A stretch of DNA of 64,000 nucleotides from assembly GCA_032718475.1 (NCBI GenBank), contig JAUCBJ010001919.1, forward strand, positions 73,673-137,672, read 5' to 3'. Made by a program: the position numbers and the translations under genes. Within the stretch, counting starts at the first letter, position 1. Every line of letters begins with the position of its first letter. This DNA is from Nemertoderma westbladi (Eukaryota; Animalia; Xenacoelomorpha). The notes under the pieces are model-generated. The model was given only the letters and a program-made list of their open reading frames with translations. It had not been told where the DNA came from and ran no database searches. Shown piece after piece: positions 15,001-28,545 of this stretch.

Positions 15001-18000
15001 TGAATGTCCTCCTACATTACATTACTGAATGTCCTCCTACATTACTGAATGTCCTCCTACATTACTGAATGCCCTCCTACATTACTGAATGTCCTCCTAC
15101 ATTACTGAATGTCCACCTACATTACTGAATGTCCTCCTACATTACTGAATGTCCCCCTACATTACTGAATGTCCTCCTACATTACATTACTGAATGCCCT
15201 CCTACATTACTGAATGTCCTCCTACATTACTGAATATCCTCCATCAGTACTGAATGTCCTCCTACAGTACTGAATGTCCTCCTACAGTACTGAATGTCCT
15301 CCTACATTACTGAATGTCCTCCTACAGTACTGAATGTCCTCCTACATTACTGAATGTCCTCCTACATTACTGAATGTCCTCCTACATTACATTACTGAAT
15401 GTCCTCCTACAGTACTGAATGGCCTCCTCCAGTACTGAATGTCCTCCTACATTACTGAATGTCCTCCTACATTACATTACTGAATGTCCTCCTACATTAC
15501 ATTACTGAATGTCCTCCTACATTACTGAATATCCTCCTACATTACTGAATATCCTCCTACATTACTGAATGTCCTCCTACATTACTGAATATCCTCCATC
15601 AGTACTGAATGTCCTCCTACAGTACTGAATGTCCTCCTACAGTACTGAAAGTCCTCCTACAGTACTGAAAGTCCTCCTACAGTACTGAATGTCCTCCTAC
15701 AGTACTGAATGTCCTCCTACAGTACTGAATGTCCTCCTACATTACTGAATGTCCTCCTACATTACATTACTGAATGTCCTCCTACATTACTGAATGTCCT
15801 CCTACATTACTGAATGTCCACCTACATTACTGAATGTCCTCCTACATTACTGAATGTCCTCCTACATTACTGAATGTCCTCCTACATTACTGAATGTCCT
15901 CCTACATTACTGAATGTCCACCTACATTATTGAATGTCCTCCTACATTACTAAATGTCCTCCTACATTACTGAATGTCCTCCTACATTACTGAATGTCCT
16001 CCTACATTACATTACTGAATGTCCACCTACATTACTGAATGTCCTCCTACATTACTGAATGTCCTCCTACATTACTGAATGTCCTCCTACATTACTGAAT
16101 GTCCACCTACATTACTGAATGTCCTCCTACATTACTGAATGTCCCCCTACATTACTGAATGTCCTCCTACATTACTGAATGTCGTCCTACATTACTGAAT
16201 ATCCTCCATCAGTACTGAATGTCCTCCTACAGTACTGAATGTCCTCCTACAGTACTGAATGTCCTCCTACATTACTGAATGTCCTCCTACAGTACTGAAT
16301 CTCCTCCTACATTACTGAATGTCCTCCTACAGTACTGAATGTCCTCCTACATTACTGAATGTCCTCCTACATTACTGAATGTCCTCCTACATTACATTAC
16401 TGAATGTCCTCCTACATTACATTACTGAATGTCCTCCTACAGTACTGAATGGCCTCCTACAGTACTGAATGTCCTCCTACATTACTGAATGTCCTCCTAC
16501 ATTACATTACTGAATGTCCTCCTACATTACATTACTGAATGTCCTCCTACATTACTGAATATCCTCCTACATTACTGAATATCCTCCTACATTACTGAAT
16601 GTCCTCCTACATTACTGAATATCCTCCATCAGTACTGAATGTCCTCCTACAGTACTGAATGTCCTCCTACAGTACTGAAAGTCCTCCTACAGTACTGAAA
16701 GTCCTCCTACAGTACTGAATGTCCTCCTACAGTACTGAATGTCCTCCTACAGTACTGAATGTCCTCCTACATTACATTACTGAATGTCCTCCTACATTAC
16801 TGAATGTCCTCCTACATTACTGAATGTCCACCTACATTACTGAATGTCCTCCTACATTACTGAATGTCCTCCTACATTACTGAATGTCCTCCTATATTAC
16901 TGAATGTCCTCCTACATTACTGAATGTCCACCTACATTACTGAATGTCCTCCTACATTACTGAATGTCCTCCTACATTACTGAATGTCCTCCTACATTAC
17001 TGAATGTCCTCCTACATTACATTACTGAATGTCCTCCTACATTACTGAATGTCCTCCTACATTACTGAATGCCCTCCTACATTACTGAATGTCCTCCTAC
17101 ATTACTGAATGTCCACCTACATTACTGAATGTCCTCCTACATTACTGAATGTCCCCCTACATTACTGAATGTCCTCCTACATTACATTACTGAATGCCCT
17201 CCTACATTACTGAATGTCCTCCTACATGACTGAATATCCTCCATCAGTACTGAATGTCCTCCTACAGTACTGAATGTCCTCCTACAGTACTGAATGTCCT
17301 CCTACATTACTGAATGTCCTCCTACATTACATTACTGAATGTCCTCCTACATTACTGAATGTCCTCCTACATTACTGAATGTCCACCTACATTACTGAAT
17401 GTCCACCTACATTACTGAATGTCCTCCTACATTACTGAATGTCCTCCTACATTACTGAATGTCCCCCTACATTACTGAATGTCCCCCTACATTACTGAAT
17501 GTCCTCCTACATTACTGAATGTCCTCCTACATTACTGAATGTCCTCCTACATTACTGAATGTCCACCTACATTACTGAATGTCCTCCTACATTACTGAAT
17601 GTCCTCCTACAGTACTGAATGTCCTCCTACATTACTGAATGTCCTCCAACATTACTGGATGTCCTCCTACATTACTGAATGTCCTCCTACATTACTGAAT
17701 GTCCTCCTACATTACTGAATGTCCTCCTACATTACTGAATGTCCACCTACATTACTGAATGTCCTCCTACATTACTGAATGTCCCCCTACATTACTGAAT
17801 GTCCTCCTACATTACTGAATGTCCTCCTACATTACTGAATATCCTCCATCAGTACTGAATGTCCTCCTACATTACTGAATGTCCTCCTACAGTACTGAAT
17901 GTCCTCCTTTATTACTGAATGTCCTCCTACAGTACTGAATGTCCTCCTACATTACTGAATGTCCTCCTACATTACTGAATGTCCTCCTACATTACATTAC

Positions 18001-21000
18001 TGAATGTCCACCTACATTACTGAATGTCCTCCTACATTACTGAATGTCCCCGTACATTACTGAATGTCCTCCTACATTACTGAATGTCCTCCTACATTAC
18101 TGAATATCCTCCATCAGTACTGAATGTCCTCCTACATTACTGAATGTCCTCCTACAGTACTGAATGTCCTCCTACATTACTGAATGTCCTCCTACAGTAC
18201 TGAATGTCCTCCTACATTACTGAAAGTCCTCCTACATTACTGAATGTCCTCCTACATTACATTACTGAATGTCCTCCTACAGTACTGAATGGCCTCCTAC
18301 AGTAATGAATGTCCTCCTACATTACTGAATGTCCTCCTACATTACATTACTGAATGTCCTCCTACATTACATTACTGAATGTCCTCCTACATTACTGAAT
18401 GTCCTCCTACATTACTGAATGTCCTCCTACATTACTGAATGTCCTCCTACATTACTGAATATCCTCCATCAGTACTGAATGTCCTCCTACAGTACTGAAT
18501 GTCCTCCTACATTAATAAATGTCCTCCTACATTACATTACTGAATGTCCTCCTACAGTACTGAATGGCCTCCTACAGTACTGAATGTCCACCTACAGTAC
18601 TGAATGTCCTCCTACATTACTGAATGTCCTCCTACATTACTGAATGTCCTCCTACATTACTGAATGTCCTCCTACATTACTGAATGTCCCCCTACATTAC
18701 TGAATGTCCTCCTACATTACATTACTGAATGTCCTCCTACATTACTGAATGTCCTCCTACATTACATTACTGAATGTCCTCCTACAGTACTGAATGGCCT
18801 CCTACAGTACTGAATGTCCTCCTACATTACTGAATGTCCTCCTACATTACATTACTGAATGTCCTCCTACATTACATTACTGAATGTCCTCCTACATTAC
18901 TGAATATCCTCCTACATTACTGAATATCCTCCTACATTACTGAATGTCCTCCTACATTACTGAATATCCTCCATCAGTACTGAATGTCCTCCTACAGTAC
19001 TGAATGTCCTCCTACAGTACTGAAAGTCCTCCTACAGTACTGAAAGTCCTCCTACAGTACTGAATGTCCTCCTACAGTACTGAATGTCCTCCTACAGTAC
19101 TGAATGTCCTCCTACATTACTGAATGTCCTCCTACATTACATTACTGAATGTCCTCCTACATTACTAAATGTCCTCCTACATTACTGAATGTCCACCTAC
19201 ATTACTGAATGTCCTCCTACATTACTGAATGTCCTCCTACATTACTGAATGTCCTCCTATATTACTGAATGTCCTCCTACATTACTGAATGTCCACCTAC
19301 ATTACTGAATGTCTTCCTACATTACTGAATGTCCTCCTACATTACTGAATGTCCTCCTACATTACTGAATGTCCTCCTACATTACATTACTGAATGTCCT
19401 CCTACATTACTGAATGTCCTCCTACATTACTGAATGCCCTCCTACATTACTGAATGTCCTCCTACATTACTGAATGTCCACCTACATTACTGAATGTCCT
19501 CCTACATTACTGAATGTCCCCCTACATTACTGAATGTCCTCCTACATTACATTACTGAATGCCCTCCTACATTACTGAATGTCCTCCTACATTACTGAAT
19601 ATCCTCCATCAGTACTGAATATCCTCCTACAGTACTGAATGTCCTCCTACAGTACTGAATGTCCTCCTACATTACTGAATGTCCTCCTACAGTACTGAAT
19701 GTCCTCCTACATTACTGAATGTCCTCCTACAGTACTGAATGTCCTCCTACATTACTGAATGTCCTCCTACATTACTAAATGTCCTCCTACATTACATTAC
19801 TGAATGTCCTCCTACAGTACTGAATGGCCTCCTACAGTACTGAATGTCCACCTACAGTACTGAATGTCCTCCTACATTACTGAATGTCCTCCTACATTAC
19901 TGAATGTCCTCCTACATTACTGAATGTCCTCCTACATTACTGAATGTCCCCCTACATTACTGAATGTCCTCCTACATTACATTACTGAATGTCCTCCTAC
20001 ATTACTGAATGTCCTCCTACATTACTGAATGTCCTCCTATATTACTGAATGTCCTCCTACATTACTGAATGTCCACCTACATTACTGAATGTCCTCCTAC
20101 ATTACTGAATGTCCTCCTACATTACTGAATGTCCTCCTACATTACTGAATGTCCTCCTACATTACATTACTGAATGTCCTCCTACATTACTGAATGTCCT
20201 CCTACATTACTGAATGCCCTCCTACATTACTGAATGTCCTCCTACATTACTGAATGTCCACCTACAGTACTGAATGTCCTCCTACATTACTGAATGTCCT
20301 CCTACATTACTGAATGTCCTCCTACATTACTGAATGTCCTCCTACATTACTGAATGTCCTCCTACATTACTGAATGTCCTCCTACATTACTGAATGTCCT
20401 CCTACATTACATTACTGAATGTCCTCCTACATTACTGAATGTCCTCCTACATTACTGAATGCCCTCCTACATTACTGAATGCCCTCCTACATTACTGAAT
20501 GCCCTCCTACATTACTGAATGTCCACCTACAGTACTGAATGTCCTCCTACATTACTGAATGTCCTCCTACATTACTGAATGTCCTCCTACAGTACTGAAT
20601 GTCCTCCTACAGTACTGAATGTCCTCCTACATTACTGAATGTCCCCCTACATTACTGAATGTCCTCCTACATTACATTACTGAATGCCCTCCTACATTAC
20701 TGAATGTCCTCCTACATTACTGAATATCCTCCATCAGTACTGAATGTCCTCCTACAGTACTGAATGTCCTCCTACAGTACTGAATGTCCTCCTACATTAC
20801 TGAATGTCCTCCTACAGTACTGAATGTCCTCCTACATTACTGAATGTCCTCCTACAGTACTGAATGTCCTCCTACATTACTGAATGTCCTCCTACATTAC
20901 TAAATGTCCTCCTACATTACATTACTGAATGTCCTCCTACAGTACTGAATGGCCTCCTACAGTACTGAATGTCCACCTACAGTACTGAATGTCCTCCTAC

Positions 21001-23260
21001 ATTACTGAATGTCCTCCTACATTACTGAATGTCCTCCTACATTACTGAATGTCCTCCTACATTACTGAATGTCCCCCTACATTACTGAATGTCCTCCTAC
21101 ATTACATTACTGAATATCCTCCTACATTACTGAATGTCCTCCTACATTACTGAATATCCTCCATCAGTACTGAATGTCCTCCTACAGTACTGAATGTCCT
21201 CCTACAGTACTGAATGTCCTCCTACATTACTGAATGTCCTCCTACATTACATTACTGAATGTCCTCCTACATTACTGAATGTCCTCCTACATTACTGAAT
21301 GTCCACCAACATTACTGAATGTCCACCTACATTACTGAATGTCCTCCTACATTACTGAATGTCCTCCTACATTACTGAATGTCCCCCTACATTACTGAAT
21401 GTCCCCCTACATTACTGAATGTCCTCCTACATTACTGAATGTCCTCCTACATTACTGAATGTCCTCCTACATTACTGAATGTCCACCTACATTACTGAAT
21501 GTCCTCCTACATTACTGAATGTCCTCCTACAGTACTGAATGTCCTCCTACATTACTGAATGTCCTCCAACATTACTGGATGTCCTCCTACATTACTGAAT
21601 GTCCTCCTACATTACTGAATGTCCTCCTACAGTACTGAATGTCCTCCTACATTACTGAATGTCCTCCAACATTACTGGATGTCCTCCTACATTACTGAAT
21701 GTCCTCCTACAGTACTGAATGTCCTCCTACAGTACTGAATGTCCTCCTACATTACTGAATGTCCTCCTACATTACTGAATGTCCTCCTGCATTACTGAAT
21801 GTCCTCCTACAGTACTGAATGTCCTCCTACATTACTGAATGTCCTCCTACAGTACTGAATGTCCTCCTACAGTACTGAATGTCCTCCTACATTACTGAAT
21901 GTCCTCCTACATTACTGAATGTCCTCCTACAGTACTGAATGTCCCCCTACATTACTGAATGTCCTCCTACATTACTGAATGTCCTCCTACATTACTGAAT
22001 GTCCTCCTACATTACATTACTGAATGTCCTCCTACATTACTGAATGTCCACCTACATTACTGAATGTCCACCTACATTACTGAATGTCCTCCTACATTAC
22101 TGAATATCCTCCATCAGTACTGAATGTCCTCCTACAGTACTGAATGTCCTCCTACATTACTGAATATCCTCCATCAGTACTGAATGTCCTCCTACAGTAC
22201 TGAATGTCCTCCTACAGTACTGAATGTCCTCCTACAGTACTGAATGTCCTCCTACATTACTGAATGTCCTCCTACATTACATTACTGAATGTCCTCCTAC
22301 ATTACTGAATGTCCTCCTACATTACTGAATGTCCTCCTACAGTACTGAATGTCCTCCTACAGTACTGAATGTCCTCCTACATTACTGAATGTCCTCCTAC
22401 ATTACTGAATGTCCTCCTACAGTACTGAATGTCCCCCTACATTACTGAATGTCCTCCTACATTACTGAATGTCCTCCTACATTACTGAATGTCCTCCTAC
22501 ATTACATTACTGAATGTCCTCCTACATTACTGAATGTCCACCTACATTACTGAATGTCCACCTACATTACTGAATATCCTCCTACATTACTGAATATCCT
22601 CCATCAGTACTGAATGTCCTCCTACAGTACTGAATGTCCTCCTACATTACTGAATATCCTCCATCAGTACTGAATGTCCTCCTACAGTACTGAATGTCCT
22701 CCTACAGTACTGAATGTCCTCCTACATTACTGAATGTCCTCCTACATTACATTACTGAATGTCCTCCTACATTACTGAATGTCCACCTACATTACTGAAT
22801 GTCCTCCTACATTACTGAATGTCCCCCTACATTACTGAATGTCCTCCTACATTACTGAATGTCCTCCTACAGTACTGAATGTCCTCCTACATTACTGAAT
22901 GTCCTCCTACATTACTGAATGTCCTCCTACAGTACTGAATGTCCTCCTACAGTACTGAATGTCCTCCTACAGTACTGAATGTCCTCCTACAGTACTGAAT
23001 GTCCTCCTACATTACTGAATGTCCTCCTACATTACTGAATGTCCTCCTACATTACTGAATGTCCTCCTACATTACTGAATGTCCTCCTACAGTACTGAAT
23101 GTCCTCCTACATTACTGAATGTCCTCCTACATTACTGAATGTACTCCTACATTACTGAATGTCCTCCTACAATACTGAATGTCCTCCTACATTACTGAAT
23201 GTCCTCCTACATTACTGAATGTCCTCCTACATTACGGAATGTCCTCCTACATTACTGAAT
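1..23260. repeat. Satellite array, 20-bp monomer ATTACTGAATGTCCTCCTAC with 25-bp (extra ATTAC) and AGTAC variants; runs off the left edge
   Basis: Uninterrupted tandem copies from base 1 to ...attactgaat at 23260, followed by unique sequence. Recurrent variants (ggcct, ccatc, ccacc, gaaag) reveal higher-order periodicity. Confidence 0.99.
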
Positions 23261-23444
23261 AAGTTTTGCAACATTTTTGTCCGTGCCACTAATTTTTTAT
23301 TATTTTATGCAAGAAATGGAAATATTACTATATATATTTTTTAGATCGGACCTGGAACCTTACCTATAAATATTTATAGTATAAATCGCATCTGATTTTT
23401 AAGATTTTTACCTTTCAGCACCAAAAGTTTTATTACATTAGTTT

Positions 23445-23734
23445 ATGACACTAGAACAAAATCGCCTCCGCTTTGCAGGACATTGCTTTCGCCGTGAGGA
23501 CCAGCCAGTGCATAATCTTGTACTTTGGCAGCCTCATGGAGTGAATAAGCATGGTGGACAGCCCATGACTTTCTTGAGACGCATCTTAAAGGATACTGGC
23601 CTTAAAGATGCGGATGATCTAGCTAATGTCATGGGTGATAGGGAGTTGTGGCGGCGCAATTTTGTCGGCAAGCCGGCACAGCATTCTTAATAATGCAGCT
23701 GCAATGCAGCATGCCGATCCTAGTAGTAGTAGTA
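23445..23734 (+). mobile_element. 5'-truncated 3' end of RTE-clade LINE (family A) with (TAG)n tail
   Basis: Translates to LEQNRLRFAGHCFRREDQPVHNLVLWQP...GDRELWRR. Near-identical to 62858-63146 and 25537-25871. Ends in cctagtagtagtagta. Confidence 0.9.
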
Positions 23735-24740
23735 TACTATTTGCTGATGACACTAACTTATTCAAATCAGATACGGACTTAAACCGACTAATTGCTGACA
23801 TAAACGAAGAACTTTGCAAACTCACTGAGTGGTTCCGTCTTAATAGATTGTCTTTAAATTAAAAAAAAAACAAATTACATAATATTCCATACACATAATA
23901 AACAAATAAGGCTCCACCCTGAAACCGCAATCAAAATCGATAATTATATTATTGACTGATGTAAAGTTATTAAATTCCTTGGCATTCTAATAGATGAACA
24001 CTTGACATGGAAATACCATATTGATCACGTTCGTAATAAACTCAGCCGCAACATCGGTATAATCAACAAAATAAAAAACTTTGTAAAGCCCCAAATACTA
24101 ATTACTATATAATACACTAGTTGACCCTTACTTACAGTATTGTAATGCCGTATGGGCAGCCAAATCATTCATTACAATGCCCCCAGTCTCCTCCAAACCC
24201 AATCCCGGACACTCACAGTACGGACACTCACACCCCGAACATTCACACCCCGGACACTCACACCACACCCCGGACACTCACACCACAGACGCGGACACTC
24301 ACACCCAAGACGCCGACGAAAACCTCGGTCACCTACTGACTCACCCGATACAACATTGAAAACATTACATAAATTACAACAGAAAGCAGAATGTATTGTA
24401 ATCAGTAGGGGAAACCCTAATTTCCACCCACTAACTATACGGTCCATATACATCAAACAGGTAGCAACACTTTGCTACACTCACATAAAAAAGATTCTAC
24501 CACTAGACATGTTCAGGTTCACATCACTTCTTACATTCATATCTACAATCCACCAACACCGAATGCGCACCGCCACCAACAATGACTGCACAGTACCCCG
24601 AACACGATTAGTGGTTGCTAAACAATCTATACGAGTGATGGCACCAGAGGTATAGAATGCTCTACCAACCGCTGTTCGACAATCAATAAATCTGTATAAA
24701 TTTAAGAAAGCTATAAAACTATCTATCCATAATCTATAAC
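23733..24740 (+). mobile_element. Degenerate CR1/L2-group LINE RT C-terminal fragment
   Basis: Peptides ILFADDTNLF...INEELCKLTEWFRLNRLSLN, KFLGILIDEHLTWKYHIDHV, YCNAVWA and KQSIRVMAPEV, broken by stops and frameshifts. Confidence 0.8.
24205..24310. repeat. Short CCCGGACACTCACAC-type tandem motif inserted in the LINE fragment (likely a DNA-transposon subterminal repeat)
   Basis: About 6 degenerate copies interrupt the LINE frame between YCNAVWA and TLKTLHKLQQKA. Confidence 0.5.
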
Positions 24741-25189
24741 GTGAATTTGGTATACCATATAGTATTAATATATTATGATAAATTTTTATAGCATCCGTAA
24801 TAACTATAGTACAAATTAATTATATAGCTGCAATTTATTATTACATTACGTTCTGTCCTCGTATCTACCGTATAGTACTTGTTGTATTGTTCTTGTCCTT
24901 TTGTACTGCTGTACTGTACTATAATATCTACGTACTGTACATTCTTTCATATTTATAATTTACCCCTGTCAACGATAAACTGTAAGTAGCACGATTACAT
25001 GCGATCTAATCCTGTAAGTACCGATATTATGTTCCTATTTAGCATGTGAAATTAATTTGAACTATGTATTTATCAACTGTGTTTGCCTGAATGTACGTGG
25101 TGATTGGCGTAATGGGTCTGCCCGGCCAATTACCATCTACATTCTACACAATGAGTTAATCAGTACGTAAATGCATGCAACTCAACTAA

Positions 25190-26220
25190 AAAAAGTGAAT
25201 AAACTGGAAAAGTACTGCAATAAATAACCTTACGGTTAACCTAAGAAAAACAAAGGCCATTAAATTTCGCCGACGTGGCCGTTTTGCATCTTCAGATAAA
25301 CTTTCTTATAAGAACACGAATTTGGAGTTTGTAAGCAGCTTTGTATATTTGGGTGTCACAACTACAAATAAATCGTCACGTCATCAAGACCTTCTGTACA
25401 AAGAAGGCATCGCCTCCTTCATCTTCATGCGTCTATCCACTAAAGTTAACCTTCAGATAATCCCTTTAGAATCAGCAGAGACTTTGGATTTCCCTTATAT
25501 CATCCCGCAAAAACATACGGCTGTCAAGTTTTCCACTACTAGGATCGGCATGCTGCATTGCAGCTGCATTTTTAAGAATGCTGTGCCGGCTTGTCAACAA
25601 AATTCCGCCGCCACAACTCCCTATCACCTATGACATTTGCTAGATCATCCGCATCTTTAAGGCCAGTGTCCTTTAAGATGCGTCTCAAGAAAGTCATGGG
25701 CTGTCCACCATGCTTATTCACTCCATGAGGCTGCCAAAGTACAAGATTATGCACTGGCTGGTCCTCACGGCGAAAGCAATGTCCTGCAAAGCGGAGGCGA
25801 TTTTGTTCTAGTGTCAAGCTTGGGGGAACCAATGAGACACCTCCAATGTTATATAGTGTCTCGTTGGTGATGTTTTCCACAGTTCAGCTGATATACCAGA
25901 TTTGGTTCATATCACACGAGTCCGTGGCTTTTACTGGAAGCTGTGGTGCGGTGTAAGGAAGTTCGACTCGACCACAGCCATACTTAGTGCAGTGGACCGC
26001 CCCGATTCAGTCCCTGATTCTAACATTGACCTCGCCTCGCTGTCAGGTCGACGTCGTAGAGCTGCGGCCCAGTTTGTATCGAACGGGTTTCAACACCGAA
26101 TGTGCGAAAAATCTACGTGCGGGCGTCCATCATTCCTTCAACATTGACCTGCGTCTTCGCTCTATTCTTGTTGTTCATCGAAAAACCTGAGTAATTCTAA
26201 AATATACACCATTCTTATTT
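25190..26220 (+). mobile_element. Degenerate second LINE 3' fragment (L2/Daphne-like), split by an RTE insertion
   Basis: NLTVNLRKTKAIKFRRRG...LEFVSSFVYLGVT is typical post-RT LINE sequence. Coding-like sequence resumes after 25880. Confidence 0.55.
25537..25871 (-). mobile_element. 5'-truncated RTE LINE family A copy with 9-bp TSD
   Basis: Reverse-strand match to the 3' end of the 60940-63146 element, with a (TAG)n tail. GTTTTCCAC is duplicated at 25528-25536 and 25872-25880. Confidence 0.9.
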
Positions 26221-26264
26221 TTAATAATACTCGAAACTTTCTGCAATATATAAATAATAAATAA

Positions 26265-26763
26265 TATGAAGACAAATGAAATAAATGCTACTGTTTGTAT
26301 TTAAGAAAAGTGATGTTTTTATTCTACAGATGATATTTCGGCTATATTGCATAGCCTTTATCAAATCTATTTTTTATTATTCTTATTTGAATTTGTTTAC
26401 ATAGAATATCGTAATTCTTAGTTTGTTGTTAAGGTAACCTAGACTTAATATAATAAAGTTTTTATTGTTGAATGTAGTCATGGAAGGAGTTCAAGCCCTT
26501 TAGATTAGTGAGCAGCATACCAATCCAAAATCGTTCTGACCTTCATTGTTCTTCATTCAACAATAAAAACTTTATTATATTAAGTCTAGGTTACCTTAAC
26601 AACAAACTAAGAATTACGATATTCTATGTAAACAAATTCAAATAAGAATAATAAAAAATAGATTTGATAAAGGCTATGCAATATAGCCGAAATATCATCT
26701 GTAGAATAAAAACATCACTTTTCTTAAATACAAACAGTAGCATTTATTTCATTTGTCTTCATA
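26265..26763. repeat. Inverted repeat: 210-bp arms (26265-26474 and 26554-26763), 79-bp spacer; MITE/foldback-like
   Basis: The arms are reverse complements with no mismatch seen by eye. The structure begins and ends with TA. Confidence 0.92.
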
Positions 26764-27139
26764 ATTACTAAATTTACAAATGCTGGGCAGTGCATATTAT
26801 TCATATATATATGTTATAAATAATAAATAATATATATAAAATATAATAATAGGCAATTGGTAGCAATGGTAGGCCTATTGGTATTGATTTATTGTATAAA
26901 ATGCAATAAAATAATGAATATTTAATTTCGCGACAATTTTATTAAATAATTTTGGGAATTTTCTTATAGAAAAGCAACACGTGGCTAATTTTATCTAAAA
27001 GTTGGTACCCGGTGTTATTTTTTTGTGCTCTTTCTATTTTCGACTGTGTTCGATTGTGTTCGACAGTTTTTGGAGTGTGTTCGGGTGTGTTCTTGTGTGT
27101 TCGCTTGTGTTCTGTAAAAATAACTATCCCAGTAAAATT

Positions 27140-27300
27140 TAACTGGTACTCATTTTATCGACCCCAGTGGATGAAATAGAACGGCTAAGTAGACCCTGGC
27201 GGCTGGCGGGGCTGAACCTGAACCTACGTACAACCAATATATTGCAGGCCCAGAGCTCAACCAGGCCAGGAGTTACACTTTCGACTTTGGGACTCAGCTG
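27140..27300 (-). mobile_element. SINE fragment with conserved central domain (Nin/Meta-type)
   Basis: The minus strand reads GGTCTACTTAGCC...TTTCATCC...GGGGTCGATAAAATGAGTACCAG after a degenerate GGTTCAG B-box-like segment. This resembles conserved metazoan SINE body domains. Confidence 0.5.
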
Positions 27301-27550
27301 CTCAAAATGACACATACCTGTTCACTGCAGTACTGCTGTACTGTCATGACGTAGGACTAGGACTGTAGCGGTGGTAGGCCTGCCGCCAGTCTATCTGTTT
27401 GCCAGTACCGGTACTGGGTACAGTACAGCTGTACAGGGTACCGGACAGCCGGCAGCCGGACCGGTATTTATTTAGGCCCCTATATATTTTACCAATAATC
27501 AGATAATCCAGCATTCTGACAGTGCGATAATTGCAGAATTGTAACAAAAC

Positions 27551-27818
27551 ATGGATACCGGTAACGGTAGGCCTACATATTACCATTCCAATATTCCGCA
27601 ATCTGGTGAATCTGCGATTATCGATATTAATGAAGCTGCCAGTGAGCGAGAGGGTACTGGAAACCTAGACAACCTGGAATGGAACCCGCAACCAACCAAC
27701 CCCAATGATTATTTCCAGACGGAATCATACGAGGAGGACGGTGTCGGTAACTATGGTAACTACGGCTTTGGCGGTACTGGTAACTCCGAATCCCAGGAGG
27801 AAAAGTACCAGAGTTTAG
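27551..27818 (+). CDS. YIPF3: YIPF3-like Yip1-domain Golgi membrane protein, exon 1
   Basis: ATG at 27551, acidic N-terminus (ESAIIDINE), donor TTAG|GTGAGA at 27819. Phase 1, compatible with exon 2. Confidence 0.75.
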
Positions 27819-28062
27819 GTGAGAAATTTCCAATCAATAGCAGCCGTCGCACTCGCACTGGTACCGGTCAGCCGGTAGCCAGTACTGCAGTAGCGGTATG
27901 CAGTTACAGTCAGTACAGAGTTAGGCAATTAGGCCTACCGAAATTCTTTTATCATAAGGTGTCGTCGTCGTGTCAGTTGGCTTGGCAGTTGCCAGTGAAA
28001 TTAGCAAACTTACTATTGCAGTATTGTTTCTGTTTGTTACTAAACACATATTTTATTTACAG

Positions 28063-28234
28063 AGGGTTCTTCTCAGGTAAATATCCAGCCATGGCAACGG
28101 GAGTTGGGGGCGAACCTAGCAGGGCAGATGTGGCAGTCTGGTAAGGAATCTGCACAGACAGCGTTGTCTACTTATGGGCGTATAGACATACTGAGACCTT
28201 ATTTCGATGTTGAACCAAAGGAGGTTTTACAACG
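28063..28234 (+). CDS. YIPF3: YIPF3-like, exon 2
   Basis: Bounded by tttacag| and |GTGAGT. Encodes GQMWQSGKESAQTALSTYGRIDILRPYFDVEPKEVLQR, matching the YIPF3 IDILRPYFDVEP motif. Confidence 0.92.
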
Positions 28235-28329
28235 GTGAGTTTTGTTTATTAGCGGTATTGTTATGCTAGTCGTCATAGCTGCGGTTAGCGCTTCCAGCTG
28301 TAGAAAAACAGAACATTCTAGAATAACAA

Positions 28330-28545
28330 ATACAATACTTAGGATACTATCAGCATCAGGTAAAACCCCCAGATTGAGAAATAATATCGGTATTATTACA
28401 AAGGATGTGATCAAGTAAAGTAGAAGTTTTACTGGTAATTTGGTAGAATCTCGAATAATTTGTTTTAAACCAAACAAATTTAAAATACTTTGGTACTGTT
28501 TACAGATGGGGGATGCTTTGTGGTGGTAACAGATATGCATATCAT
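28330..28545 (-). mobile_element. LINE (CR1/L2-like) APE-endonuclease remnant in intron 2
   Basis: Minus strand reads LNLFGLKQIIRDST, then after a frameshift TLLDHILCNNTDIISQSGVL, typical of the endonuclease C-terminus. Confidence 0.55.

Noticed and set aside
1-23260. Telomeric repeat or coding repeat
   Set aside because: The unit is not a known telomere motif, it has many interspersed variants, and the ORF track shows no ORFs here.
23626-23862. 78-aa ORF containing FADD
   Set aside because: It is a chance fusion of an RTE tail with a CR1-like RT fragment.
27819-28144. C-terminal half of the 197-aa ORF 27551-28144
   Set aside because: It is read-through into intron 1. YIPF3 similarity continues in a different frame after splicing.
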